A stretch of DNA of 64,000 nucleotides. Origin: Squalus acanthias. Taxonomy: Eukaryota. Shown here piece after piece: positions 11,769 through 24,633 of the stretch. Made by a program: the position numbers and the translations under genes. Location: contig CM059432.1 in the NCBI GenBank assembly GCA_030390025.1, forward strand, positions 111,912,001 to 111,976,000. Reading direction: 5' to 3'. Every line of letters begins with the position of its first letter. The first letter of the stretch is position 1. Below the pieces are notes generated by a model that did not search any database, had not been told where the DNA came from, and saw only the letters and a list, made by a program, of their open reading frames with translations.

Positions 11769-12512
11769 GCGAGCATCTAACCACCGCCCCTTGACATTCA
11801 ACGACATTACCATCGCCGAATCCCCCACCATCAACATCCTGGGGGTCACCATTGACCAGAAACTTAACTGGACCAGCCACATAAATACGGTGGCAACAAG
11901 AGCAGGTCAGAGGCTGGGTATTCTGTGGCAAGTGTCTCACCTCCTGACTCCCCAAAGCCTTTCCACCATCTACAAGGCACAAGTCAGGAGTGTGATGGAA
12001 TACTCTCCACTTGCCTGGATGAGTGCAGCTCCAACTACACTCAAGAGGCTCGACACCATCCAGGACAAAGCAGCCTGCTTGATTGGCACCCTATCCACCA
12101 CCTTAAACATTCACTCCCTCCACCACCGGCGCACCGTGGCTGCAGTGTGTACCATCTACAAGATGCACTGCAGCAACTCACCAAGGCTTCTTCGGCAGCA
12201 CCTCCCAAACCCACGGCCTCTACCACCTAGAAGGACAAGGGCAGCAGGTGCATGGGAACACCACCACCTCCAAGTTCCCCTCCAAGTCACACACCATCCT
12301 GACTTGGAAGTATATCGCCAATCCTTCATCATCACTGGGTCAAAATCCTGGAACTCCCTCCCTAACAGCACTGTGGGAGTACCTTCACCACACGGACTGC
12401 AGCGGTTCAAGAAGGCGGCTCACCACCACCTTCTCAAGGGCAATTAGGGTTGAGCAATAAATGCTGGCATTGCCAGTGACGCCCACATCCCATGAACAAA
12501 TAATAAAAAAAG
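11769..12512 (+). mobile_element. 3' fragment of the tRNA-headed EN-RT LINE family
   Basis: 218-aa ORF nearly identical to 19400-20069; same 3' tail and A-rich end. Confidence 0.9.
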
Positions 12513-12996
12513 AACATGAGCAAGAGCAACAAATAACGCTGCCCTCGTAGTGGGGAAATGGCCTTACTGCCCAAGAATCTAATAGACTTTGAATAATGTA
12601 GTTGAGAATAATTACGGCCAGCTGACCCTGAGAACAAAATGACTGCCAAATATTTTAAAGCAAATATAACCATTTTTTTCACAAAATCTCTTAACTGGGA
12701 AAGTGAGAATTGCCACTCTAGCACCTGCCACTGTTTACAGCCATTTTTCCCTGGCAGTTGAATAAACTTATGCATATTTATACTGTAACACAACATTTCT
12801 CATTCATCCTATCTTCTATGCTTCTATGCCATGGTTTAGAATGGAATTTTAGCAACATGGCTCTATAAATTAATTAATTAATTGATTTCTTTCTTTCTTT
12901 CTTCTCCAGACACAATACTCTAATTCTGTCTTTGTTGGCTTCTTATTCTCCACCTTCCATAATCTTCAACTTGTCCAAAATTCTGATGTATATCTT

Positions 12997-13755
12997 GGCT
13001 CGGATTTTGTGGTGGTAATGACAGCGAAACTGCCAGCGTTCGCCGTCATTATCCCCTCTGAAACTAACCGCAACTTCAGGATTTAGCACAGGTGCAGATG
13101 AACACGGAAATCCTGAAGTTGCGGTCTGTCATTCCCTGCTCCGCCACAGGTTGCACTGTGGGACTCCCCAGAGCCAGCAATCAATTCAAATCACACTGAA
13201 GGATGAAAACTTCCCCTTTTACGATAGAATATCGCTGTTAAAATCCCCCTAAAATGTTAAACCATGTTGAAAGAGGTGTAATTGGGTTTTTAGCGGCATA
13301 TCAACTGCTGAACAACCATTCTGGCCCTGAAAAACTAATTTTATATTTGTGGAATGTCACATTTTTCCATTGATAGGGATAAGAATTACAAGTTTTCAAT
13401 ATAATAATTATTTTTTAAAGTTTGTTTATGATATTTCAGATTTTACCTTCATCCTATGAGTATGTCCCAATCTTTATTTCGCTCTCTGTAAAATTTCTTA
13501 AAAGTAAATTATAATCTGTGCATTTTACTTCCTGGTTTGCTGTCTGTGAGAGTTCTTCAATGTGATTGGCTGCTTAGCCAGTTTGATGGCATCACTGTTG
13601 CTGGACGCTGGTGATGCGTTTGATTTGGCCCCAGATTCAAACTAAGGTCAGGAGAGTTGAAATTGACGCCACAGAGATCGCAAGATCTTTGTGTCAGCTT
13701 TCTTCGAGGTCAGCGGCGATCGCCATCACTTCACTGCTGACCGCAAATTCTGGAC
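12997..13755. mobile_element. MITE with AT-rich core, inserted in an L2 fragment (~12900-14180)
   Basis: GGCTCGGATTTTGTGGT...ACCGCAAATTCTGGAC; inverted similarity to 15027-15786; flanks have L2-type sequence (CACCCATCACGCCTGTCCTCACTGA). Confidence 0.65.
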
Positions 13756-15026
13756 AAAGCTTGTCTTGGACTAAGTCCAGCTCACCCATCACGCCTGTCC
13801 TCACTGAGCTACATAGCTTCCCATCCCCCAATGCTTTAAATATAAAAGCCTCATTCTTGTCTTTAAATCCCTCCACTACCTCTGCAATCTTCTTCAGCTC
13901 CATATCCTCCTCCAACACATTGTTCCTCTGACTCCGGCCTTTTGTATATCTCTTTCCCCCGCACCCCCCCCACCCCTCCTTCACCACATCACTGGGCCCT
14001 ATTTTTTGGAATTACTTCTGTAAATCTCTCTGCCTTTCCGCCTCTATCTCCTCCTTTAAAAAACTCAAAATCTATCACTTGGGCCAAATTTTAGGTCATC
14101 CCTTATAATCTTTCCACTCCAGTGTCTCTTTTCCATTCACTGGTCTGTGAAATGCCCTGGATTTTTTTTTTTTGTTAAAGGTGCAATTCAGAATGACTGC
14201 AAAATGCATCAGATAAACTGAGCAGTGAATGTATTTTGCAACAATGACAAGTTTGAAAGTAATGACTGTGAACACTCCTATCTTGTCAGTCATCAGCTAG
14301 GCCATTCTCTCTAGGATTAACTAGAAGATGCTCTGTCATCAGTTCCTGAGGATGTACTTTCCTGAATGGCCAATGCTGTCGACCGGGACTTTGCACTTCA
14401 AAATCAGTTGGGGCATGCCTAAACAATTGCAATGTTTTTCCCAGAAATGTTTGTATTAGTAAAGCCTAAAAGGATGTTTGTGAATGCGTATATATATATA
14501 TGCATATAGATACATATGTGCATCCCAATGGCAAACCCTAAAAGATTTGCAGCCTGCATTCTTAGACTATCCACAGAATATGATGCATTGTAAAAGCTTC
14601 ACTGTGGTCTGTCGCCGCTTGTTTATACAGTCAATTCCTATTATTGTTGCTTTCCGCTGGCTTGCTTAAAATAAATGTGTTTATATATCCAATTTCATAT
14701 CACCAGCAAAAAATCTTCAGTGGGGAGGTCAGTTGTTAAGCTGTTAATAATATACTTTAGTATGATATTTATGGTTGCTGAGATAATGTTGAGGTCCCCT
14801 TTTTTTCAATTTGTACATTAAACCATTGATACAGGAAAAATACTAAAAATCTAGCTGTGTAGAGCAATAGTTGGCTTGGAATGCAATACAGGGCTATGAC
14901 ACAGAGAAGGACTCAGGTGATATGATGACTGTATAGGTGAAGGTATGAAAAAATAGCTATATGCACTAACCCTTCACATTTTTCAAGATATTGATGAGCT
15001 GAAATTTCCCTTTTGTTGATGACAAT

Positions 15027-15786
15027 GGGCCAGCTTTTGCTCTCAGTGGCGAAGGAATGGCGTCAGCCATTCGTTACACTTACACTTGCCCATAGACTTA
15101 CTACGGGGTTTTGCACTGGAACTTACTGTAAATTAGAGAACCCAAAAGCGCAGCACCCTCTATAGAGCATCTGGAATCTGTGTGAACTGGGCAAGCAACT
15201 GTGTGTCTCCTTAACCAATCAGATTGAAGAATCGTTAGTGAACAGCACAGAGTCTCAACCAGGAAGTTTTAGTTAGAATATTGAATTCAATGTCAAATCT
15301 GATACAGAAAGTGAAATAAAGAGAGGGTAAGAACGATTGGATTGAGAGAGATAGAAGAAACAGAAAGAAAAAGTAAAGAAAAAATCATTTAAACTTTTAT
15401 TTTTTTTAATTTCCATCAATAATCACAGTCTGAAGGAATAAGACTCCACACTTGGTAAAAGTTCATTTTCAGTGTCAGAGAGGTTGTTTGGCATTAATTA
15501 AGACTTACCATGCTGTTAAGAGGGTACGTACACTGGAATGGACCAGCCCTAACTTTTTCTGGTGAGTTTACTTTCTATCTCTGAGCAATTCACGCCGTTC
15601 AATGTAGTTGAATGGGGAGCCAGATGGCGAGCAGCTTTGGGAGGAGCAGGGCATCTCGGGCAGCAAGCTCCGGATTTCCGCATTTAATTGCACATGTGCG
15701 GTCGCCGGACATTGCTGCCTGATTTCCACGTCAATAACGGTGAGCAATGTTAGCCTCACCGTTATTTCTACAGCAAAATCTGGCCT
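15027..15786. mobile_element. Harbinger-like MITE (760 bp)
   Basis: TIR GGGCCAGCTTTTGCT / AGCAAAATCTGGCCT (13/15), AAT TSD. Confidence 0.8.
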
Positions 15787-17331
15787 AATGCAATGAGTAA
15801 AGCGCTCAGTCATCTACTCTTGGAATATATTCTCTATGGTCAGGGAGCACCTCATCTCATAATTTCTGCTTTGAGATGAATGAGCAATTCAGCATGCGAC
15901 TGAATCAGGGAAAAAGCTCCCCTGAAGTGGAGTGCTTTATCATCTGCTGATAGTTTCCATCACCCATGCAATTGGCAGTGATCGCTTCCATCTCACTACA
16001 TTTTATGAAATGGTTTCATCTGTGTTAATGAACATCAATAAGAGCTACTGACGTAAAGACTTGAATATCAAGTATCTATTCACGTTCATGGAAGACTAGG
16101 ATGATCTGTTTACCAAGATGATCATAATTTGACTTCAGGTTTTCAGGATATGAATGGTGCACCATCTGAATCTATCTGAATGCAGATCACTAGTGAACAG
16201 TATTCTGATGCCTCTGTGGTGGCATTCATAGTACTCTAAATCACCTTGCTGATAAAAATAAACTGGACCTGTGCTGAAATTGGTCATCAGTGGGTTATGC
16301 AGATGACACAATGTGGAAACCCTGGTCCCCTGTTTGGCCCAGACCCACTTTCCTGAAGAAGAGACTCTGTAAATATTCTAATATATCATAGGAACACAGG
16401 AACAGGAGTAGGTCATTCAGCTAGTATCAGTAATGGTAACAATAAAACTATCGGATTGTCATAAAAACCCATCTGGTTCACTAATGTCCTTTAGGGAAGG
16501 AAATCTGCCGTCCTTACCTGGTCTGGCCTATATGTGACTCCAGACCCACAGCAAGGTGGTTGACTCTTAACTGCCCTCTGAAATGGCCTAGCAAGCCACT
16601 CAGTTGTAACAAACCGCTACGAAAACAATAATAAGAATGAAACCGGACGGACCACCCGGCATCAACCTTGGCACCGGCTATAGACACGGCAACGGCACGC
16701 CCAGCCCAGTCGACCCTGCAAAGTCCTCCTCACCAACATCTGGGGACTTGTGCCAAAATTGGGAGAGCTGTCCCACAGACTAGTCAAGCAACAGCCTGAC
16801 ATAGTCATACTCACAGAATCATACCTTTCAGCCAATGTCCCAAACTCCTCCATCACCATCCCTGGGTATGTCTTGTCCGACCGGCAGGACAGACCCACCA
16901 GGGGTGGTGGCACAGTGGTATACAGTCAGGAAGGAGTGACCCTGGGAGTCCTCAACATTGATTCCGAACCAGATGAAATCTCATGGCTTCAGGTCAAGCA
17001 TGGGCAAGGAAAACTCCTGCTGATTACCACCTACCGCCCTCCCTCAGCTGATGAATCAGTACTCCTCCATGTTGAACGCCACTTGGAAGAAGCACTGAGA
17101 GTAGCAAGGGCACAGAATGTACTCTGGGTGGGGGACTTCAATGTCCATCACCAAGAGTGGCTCGGTAGCATCACTACTGACCGAGCTGGCTGAGTCCTGA
17201 AGGATTAACTGCCAGTATGGGCCTGCGACAGATGGTGAGAGAACCAACACGAGGGAAAAACCTACTTGACCTCGTCCTCACCAATCTACCTGTCACAGAT
17301 GCATCTGTCCATGACAGTATTGGTAGGAGTG

Positions 17332-17901
17332 TGTTGTAGGGGCTAATCGGAGCCTTAAGCGGACTAACCGTGAAGGAGAGTCGACGCGCTACCCGACTTA
17401 GCCCGACTGAGCAATAAAACTCAAACACCAATTTACACGGTTAAATGCGGGAGTACACTTTATTCAGAGCGCTCTGGGAGAGAATTGATGCACCCACGTG
17501 CAGTCACCGACCTCTCAAATAAGTCACTCTGGGGCACAGTATTTTATACATCCATCATTGATTACATCGTGCTCACATGAGCATGTGATAGTTATTAGAA
17601 TCCAATCAATTTTATGTATACAATTGTTAAGCATAGTAAATCAATTAACGTCAGGATACAGTTGATGTGATCAGCCTCGTCTATGTGACAGTGTTATCTC
17701 GAGCCCTGTACCAGGATACAGTTGATGTGATCAGCCTCGTCTATGTGACAGTGTTATCTCGAGCCCTGTATGTTGCAACGTTGTCTGACAAGGCAGACTG
17801 CCAATCCATTGCAGAAAAGTCCTGTGTCAGTGAATTTAAAGTTCATTAACTGGATGAGTTTTTCTTCTCCGACATTTGTTTAATAATTTTCTTCTCCAAC
17901 A
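17332..17901 (-). mobile_element. Solo LTR (570 bp)
   Basis: TGTTG...CAACA termini, 4-bp TSD AGTG; host LINE rejoins as GGTAGGAGTG|ACCAC (GRSDH); strand tentative, from TATA/AATAAA order. Confidence 0.85.
17652..17770. repeat. Perfect tandem duplication, 60-bp period
   Basis: CAGGATACAGTTGATG...GAGCCCTGTA twice. Confidence 0.95.
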
Positions 17902-20900
17902 AGTGACCACCGCACAGTCATTGTGGAGACAAAGTCCCGTCTTCACACTGAGGACACCCCCCATCGTGTTGTGTGGCACCGTGCTAAATGGGATAGATTC
18001 AGAACAGATCTAGCAGCTCAAAACTGGGCATCCATGATGCGCTGTGGTCCATCAGTAGCAGCAGAATTGTATTCCACCACCATCTGTAACCTCATGGCCT
18101 GGCATATCCCTCACTCTACCATTACCATCAAACCAGGGGACCAACCCTGGTTCAACAAGGAGTGCATGCCAGGAGCAACACCAGGCGTACCTAAAAATGA
18201 GGTGCCAACCTGGGGAAGCTGCAACACAGGACTACATGCATGCTAAAAAGCAGAAGCAGCATGCTATAGACAGGGCTAAGCGATCTCACAATCAACGGAT
18301 CAGATCAAAGCTCTGCAGTCCTGCCACATCCAGTCGTGAATGGTGGTGGACCATTAAACAACTAACGGGAGGAGGAGGCTCCATGAATATCCCCATCGTC
18401 AATGATGATGGAGCCCAGCACATGAATGAAAAAGACAAGGCTGAAGCGTTTGCAACCATCTTCAGCCAGAAGTGCCGAGTGGATGATTCATATCGGCCTA
18501 ATCCTGAGGTCTCCACCATCACAGAAGCCAGTCTTCAGCCAATTTGATTCTCTCCATGTGATATCAAGAATCGGCTGAGCGCACTGGATACTGCAAAGGC
18601 TATGGGCCTCGACAACATCCCAGCTATCGTGCTGAAGACTTGTGCTCCAGAACTAGCCACGCCTCTAGCCAAGTTGTTCCAGTACAGCTACAAAACTGGC
18701 ATCTATCCGACAATGTGGAAAACTGCCCAGGTATGTCCTATCCACAAAAAGCTGGATAAATCCAATCCGGCCAATTACCGCCCCATCAGTCTACTCTCAA
18801 TTATCAGCAAAGTGATGGAAGGTGTCATCAACAGTGCTATCAAGCGGCACTTACTCACCAATAACCTGCTCACTGATGCAGTTTGGGTTCCCCCAAGACC
18901 ACTCGGCTCCCGACCTCATTACAGCCTTGGTCCAAACAAGGACAAAGGAGCTGAATTCCAGAGGTGAGGTGAGAGTGACTGCCCTTGACATCACTCAGGG
19001 TGTGGCATCAAGGAGCCCTTAAGTAAATGGGAATCGGGTGGGGGGGAACTCTCCACTGGCTGGAGTCATACCTATCACGAAAGAAGATGGTTGTGGTGGT
19101 TGAAGTTCAATCATCACAGCCCCAGGACATCACTGCAGGAGTTCCTCAGGGCAGTGTCCTAGGCCCAACCATCTTCAGCTGCTTCGTCAATGACCTTCCC
19201 TCCAACATAAGGTCAGAAATGGGGATGTTTGCTGATGACTGCACAGTGTTCAGCACCATTCACAACTCCTCAGATAATGAAGCAGTCCATGCCCGCATGC
19301 AACAAGACCTGGACGACGTTCAGGCTTGGGCTGATAGGTGGTAGGTAACATTCGCGTCACAGGAGTGCCAGGCAATGACTATCTCCAACAAGCGAGAGTC
19401 TAACCACCGGCCCTTGACATTCAACGGCATTACCATCGCCGAATCCCCCACCATCAGCATCCTGGGGGTCACCATTGACCAGAAACTTAACTGGACCAGC
19501 CACTAAATACAGTGGCAACAAAACCAGGTCAAAGGCTAGGTATTCTGCGGAAAGTGTCTCACTTCCTGACTCCCCAAAGCCTTACCACCATCTACAAGGC
19601 ACAAGTAAGGAGTGTGATGGAATACTCTCCACTTGCCTGGATGAGTGCAGCTCCAACAACACTCAAGAAGCTCGACACCATCTCGGACAAAGCAGCCCGC
19701 TTGATTGGCACCCCATCCACCACCTTAAACATTCACTCCCTCCACCACCGGCATACCGTGGCTGCAGTGTATACCATCTACAAGATGCACTGCTGCAACT
19801 CGCCAAGGCTCCTTCGGCAGCACCTCCCAAACCCGCGACCTCTTCCACCTAGAAGGACAAGGGCAGCAGGCGCATGGGAACACCACCACTTCCAAGTTCC
19901 CCTCTATGTCACACACCATCCTGACTTAGAAGTATATCGCCGATCCTTCATCGTCGCTGGGTCAAAATCCTGGAACTCCCTACCTAACAGCACTGTGGTA
20001 GTACCTTCACCAAATGGACTGCAACGGTTCAAGAAGGTGGCTCACCACCACCTTCTCAAGGGCAATTAGGGATTGGCAATAATTGCTGGCCTTGCCAGCG
20101 ACGCCCACATCCCATAAACAAAAAAAAAAAAAACCCTCGAGCCTGTTCCACCATTCGATGAGATCATGGCTGATCTGTGAACTAACTCCATATACCTGCC
20201 TTTGGCCCATATCCCTTAATACCTTTGGTTAACAAAAAGCTATCAATCTCCAATTTAAAATTAACAATTGATCTTACATCAAGTGCCTTTTGAGGAAGAG
20301 AGTTCCAAATTTCTACCACCCTTTTTGTGTAGAAGTATTTCCTAATTTCACTTGTGAAAGCTCTGGCTCTAATTTTTAGACTATGCCCCCTAGTCCGAGA
20401 ATCCCCAACGAGCGGAAATAGTTTTCAATATCTACTCTATCTGTTCCCCTTAATATCCTGAAAACTTCGATCAGATTAACCTTCTAAATTCTAGGGAATA
20501 CAACCCTAATTTGTGTAATCTCTCCCCGTAATTTAACCCTTGAAGTCCGGGTATCATTCTGGTAAACCTACGCTGCACTCCCTCCATGGCCAATATAGCC
20601 TTCCTAAGGTGTGGTGCTCAGAACTGCTCACAGTACTCCAGGTGTGGTCTAACCAGTGTTTTGTATAGCTGTAGCATAACTTCTATCCCCTTGTACTCTA
20701 GTCCTCTAGATATAAAGGCCAGCATTCCATTAGCCTTTTTGATTATTTTCTGTATCTGTTCATGACATTTTAATGATCTATGTACCTGGACCCCCAAGTC
20801 TCTTTGGACCTCCACTGCTTTTAGCTTTTCAGCATTTGTAAAGTACCCTGTTCTATCCTTTTTATGCCCAAAGTGGATGACCTCACATTTGTTGAAATCC

Positions 20901-21108
20901 ATTTGCCACAGTTTTGCTCATTCACTTAATCGAACAAACGAACATACGAATTAGGAGCAAGAGTAGGCCATTCGGCCCTTCGAGCCTGCTCTGCCATTCA
21001 ATAAGATCATGGCTGATCTGATTACTCCACATTCCCGCCTACCCCCGATAACTTTTCATCCCCTTGCTTACCAAGAATCTATCTACCTGTGCCTTAAAAA
21101 TATTCAAA

Positions 21109-21502
21109 AGTGAGAAGTCGCACAACACCAGGTTATAGTCCAACAGCTTTATTTGAAATCACAAGCTTTCGGAGCGCTGCTCGTTCGTCAGGTGAAGTAA
21201 AGAAATACATATGGGCACAGCATAAATAGTCAGAGAATACTACCAGACGACTACAGTTAATCTTTCTAACTGCCCTTTATCACACAGGTGTGATAAAGGG
21301 CAGTTAGAAAGATTAACTGTAGTCGTCTGGTAGTATTCTCTGACTATTTATACTGTGCCCATATGTATTTCTTTACTTCACCTGACGAACGAGCAGCGCT
21401 CCGAAAGCTTGTGATTTCAAATAAAGCTGTTGGACTATAACCTGGTGTTGTGCGACTTCTCACATTTGTCCACCCCAGTCCAACACCGGCATCTCCGCAT
21501 CA
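21109..21502. mobile_element. Penelope-like insertion: inverted pLTR pair plus 39-nt extension
   Basis: 176-bp arms 21110-21285 / 21288-21463 with 1 mismatch; 15-bp TSD TTAAAAATATTCAAA; hammerhead motif in each arm. Confidence 0.85.
21378..21414 (+). ncRNA. Minimal hammerhead ribozyme (mirror copy on - strand at ~21159-21195)
   Basis: TCAC-CTGACGA-ACGAGC-AGC-GCTCC-GAAA-GCTT-GTGA: core boxes, stem I, stem II and palindromic AAGCTT stem III. Confidence 0.75.
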
Positions 21503-21796
21503 TTAAAAATATTCAAAGACTCTGCTTCCACCGGCCTCTGAGGAAAAGAGTTCCAAAGACTCACGACCCTCTGTGAGAAAAAAATTTCTCCTCATCTCTG
21601 TCTTAAATGGGCGACCCCTTATTTTTAAACAGTGACCCCTAGTTCTAGATTCTCCCACAAGAGGAAACATCCTCTCCACATCCACCCTGTCCAGACCCCT
21701 CAGGATCTTATATGTTTCAATCAAGTCACCTCTTACTCTTCTAAAATCCAGCGGATACAAGCCTAGCCTGTCCAACCTTTCCTCATAAGACAACCA

Positions 21797-23016
21797 AGAA
21801 TAGATAAGGGAGAACCAGTGGATGTGGTGTATTTGGACTTTCAGAAGGCTTTCGATAAGGTCCCACATAAGAGATTAGCGTGCAAAGTTAAAGCACACGG
21901 GATTGGGTTAAGGTACTGTCTTGGATAGAGAACTGGTTGGCAGACAGGAAGCAAAGAGTTGGAATAAACGGGTCTTTTTCCGAGTGGCAGGCAGTGACTA
22001 GTGGGGTACCGCAGGGATCGGTGCTAGGACCCCAGCTATTCACAATATATATAAATGATCTAGACGAGGGAACTAGATGTAATATCTCCAAGTTTGCAGA
22101 CGACACAAAGCTGGGTGGGCATGTATGCTGCAGAGAAACTCCAATATGATTTGGACAGGTTGGGTGATTGGGCAGATGCATGGCAAAGCAGTATAATGTG
22201 GATAAATGCGAGGTTATCCACTTCGGTGGCAAAACAGGAAGACAGATTATTATCTGAACGGCAATAGATTGGGAGAAGGGGAAGTGCAACGAGATCTGGG
22301 TGTCTTTGTGCACCAGTCGCTGAAGGTAAGCATGCAGGTGCAGCAGGCGGTTAAGAAGGCAAATGGTATGTTGGCCTTCATAGCGAGAGGATTTGAGTAC
22401 AGGAGCAAGGATGTCTTGCTGCAGTTGTACAGGGCCTTGGTGAGACCACACTTTGAGTATTGTGTGCAGTTTTGGTCACCTTATCTGAGGAAGGATGTTC
22501 TTGCCATGGAGAAAGTGCAGCGAAGATTCACTAGACTGATACCTGGGATGGCAGGAATGACGTATGAGGAGAGAGTGGGTCGATTAGGCTTATATTCGCT
22601 AGAGTTTAGAAGAATGAGAGGGGATCTCATTGAAACTTATAGAATTCTAACAGGACCAGACAGACTAGATGCAGGAAGGATGTTCCCGATGGCGGGGGAG
22701 TCCAGAACCAGGAGTCACAGTCTAAGGATAAGGGGTAAGCCATTTAGGACTGAGATGAGGAGGAATTTCTTCACCCAGAGAGTGGTGAACCTGTGGAATT
22801 CTCTACCACACAAGGCAGTTGAGGCCAATTCATTAAATATATTCAAGAAGGAGTTAGATATATTTCTTAAGGCTAAAGGGATCAAGGGATATGGGGAGAA
22901 AGCAGGGACAGGGTACTGAATTTGGATGATCAGCCATGTTCTCATTAAATGGCGGAACAGGCTCGAGGGGCCGAATTGCCTACTCCTGCTCCTATCTTCT
23001 ATGTTTCTATGTTTCT
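21797..23016 (+). mobile_element. CR1 LINE 'c', 5'-truncated
   Basis: [20 protein letters not shown]-terminal ORF to 22919, (ATGTTTCT)n tail, AACC duplicated at flanks. Confidence 0.92.
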
Positions 23017-23904
23017 AACCCGCCCATTCCAGGTATTAGTCTAGTAAACCTTCTCTGAACTGCTTCCAACGCATTTACATCCTTCCTTAAATAAGGAGAC
23101 CCCAATACTGTACACAGTACTCCAGATGTGGTCTCACCAATGCCCTGTATAACTGAAGCATAACCTCCCTACTTTTGTATTCAATTCCCCTCGCAATAAA
23201 CAATAGAATTCTATTAGCTTTCCTAATTACTTGCTGTACCTGCATAGCAACCTTTTGTGATTCATGCACTAGGACACCCAGATCCCTCTGCATCTCAGAG
23301 CTCTGCAATCTCTCACCATTTAGATAATATGCTTCTTTTTTATTCTTCCTGTCAAAATGGACAACTTCACATTTTCCCACATTATACTCCATTTGCCAGA
23401 TCTTTGTCCACTCACTTAATCTATCTATATCCCTTTGTAGCCTCCTTATGTCCTCTTCACAATTTACTTTCCTACCTATCTTTGTGTCATCAGCAAATTT
23501 AGCAACCATACCTTCGGTCCCTTCATCCAAGTCATTTATATAAATTGTAAAAAGTTGAGGCCCCAGCACTGATCCCTGTGGCACACCACTCGTTACATCT
23601 TGCCAATCAGAAAATGACCCATTTATGCCTACTCTCTGTTTCCTATTAGCTAGACAATCTTCTATCCATTCCAATATGTTACCCCCTACACCATGAGCTT
23701 TTATTTTCTGCAATAATCTTTTGGCGCCTTATCAAATGCCTTCTCGAAATCTAAGTACAATACATCTACCGGTTCCCCTTTATCCACAGCACATGTTACT
23801 TCCTCAAAGAACTCCAATAAATTGGTTAAACATGATTTCCCTTGCACAAAACCATATTGACTCTGCCTGATTACTTTGAACTTTTCTAAGTGCCCTGCTA
23901 TAAT

Positions 23905-24633
23905 GGCCCAGATATTCCAATCGCAGGCCTCCCATGGGCGGAGGACTGCGATCTGCAAAAATCTGCACCCTTACCTGAGGGCTCCCGGGACGCGCACAAT
24001 TCCGGTGCTGGGCCTCTCCAAACGGCAAGTGTGCAGGGCCCACGTATCCCAGAGGCGCAGGTAGTTCGCAGCGTCCCTGGGATCACGTGGGCCATGGAGA
24101 GCCAATCACAGAAGGGAATCTCCCTTCATACACTTGACAGGAAGACCTGTCAAATATATGAATGGAGATCACCCCAAAACATAGTAAAACTTTAAATACA
24201 TTTTTTTTTAATCACATTTTTAAAATGACTTGAAATTACAATAAATTAACTATTTTAAACAAAAATTTAAATTTTTGAAAAAAATAATTAATGTTTTTTA
24301 CGGGCTAAAAATAAACTTAGTTTTTTTAAAGTATAATCAGTGGAAAAATTTTTTTTTTTTACTTTTTTTCAACTCTTATCCTTACGCCTGCTTTTACCAG
24401 GTGCAAGAATTGTATGAGTTTTCTGCGGGCAGAGGGTCTCCAAAAAGCGGAACTATCCGCCCACAGAGGCCCTTCTCCAGGGCAGCCAAAGGATCTGTCA
24501 AGTGCTTTCTTGACAGATTGGAAATGCCGGTTTCCAGCGCATGCGCGGTGCATGCCTGAAACCGGCATTTCCGATGTCACTACGGGTGGGTACACAGCGC
24601 GTACACACCCGTAGGGATCAGAATATCCGGCCC
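23905..24633. mobile_element. Harbinger-like MITE (729 bp) in CR1 'b'
   Basis: GGCCCAGATATTC / GAATATCCGGCCC; TSD AAT/AAC; CR1 frame IIKDV|IAGHLEK rejoins. Confidence 0.85.

Larger units (their letters stand above)
16422..20133 (+). mobile_element. Near full-length EN-RT non-LTR retroelement (CR1/L2 group) with SINE-body 5' region and no ORF1; decayed ORF ~16720-20069
   Basis: APE motifs NIWGL, DIVILTES, GGGTVVY, YRPPS, GDFN; RT motifs [23 protein letters not shown]; poly(A) end; frameshifts and stops. Confidence 0.92.

Noticed and set aside
17652..17770. CRISPR-like repeat
   Set aside because: Two adjacent identical units with no spacers, inside an LTR in eukaryotic DNA.
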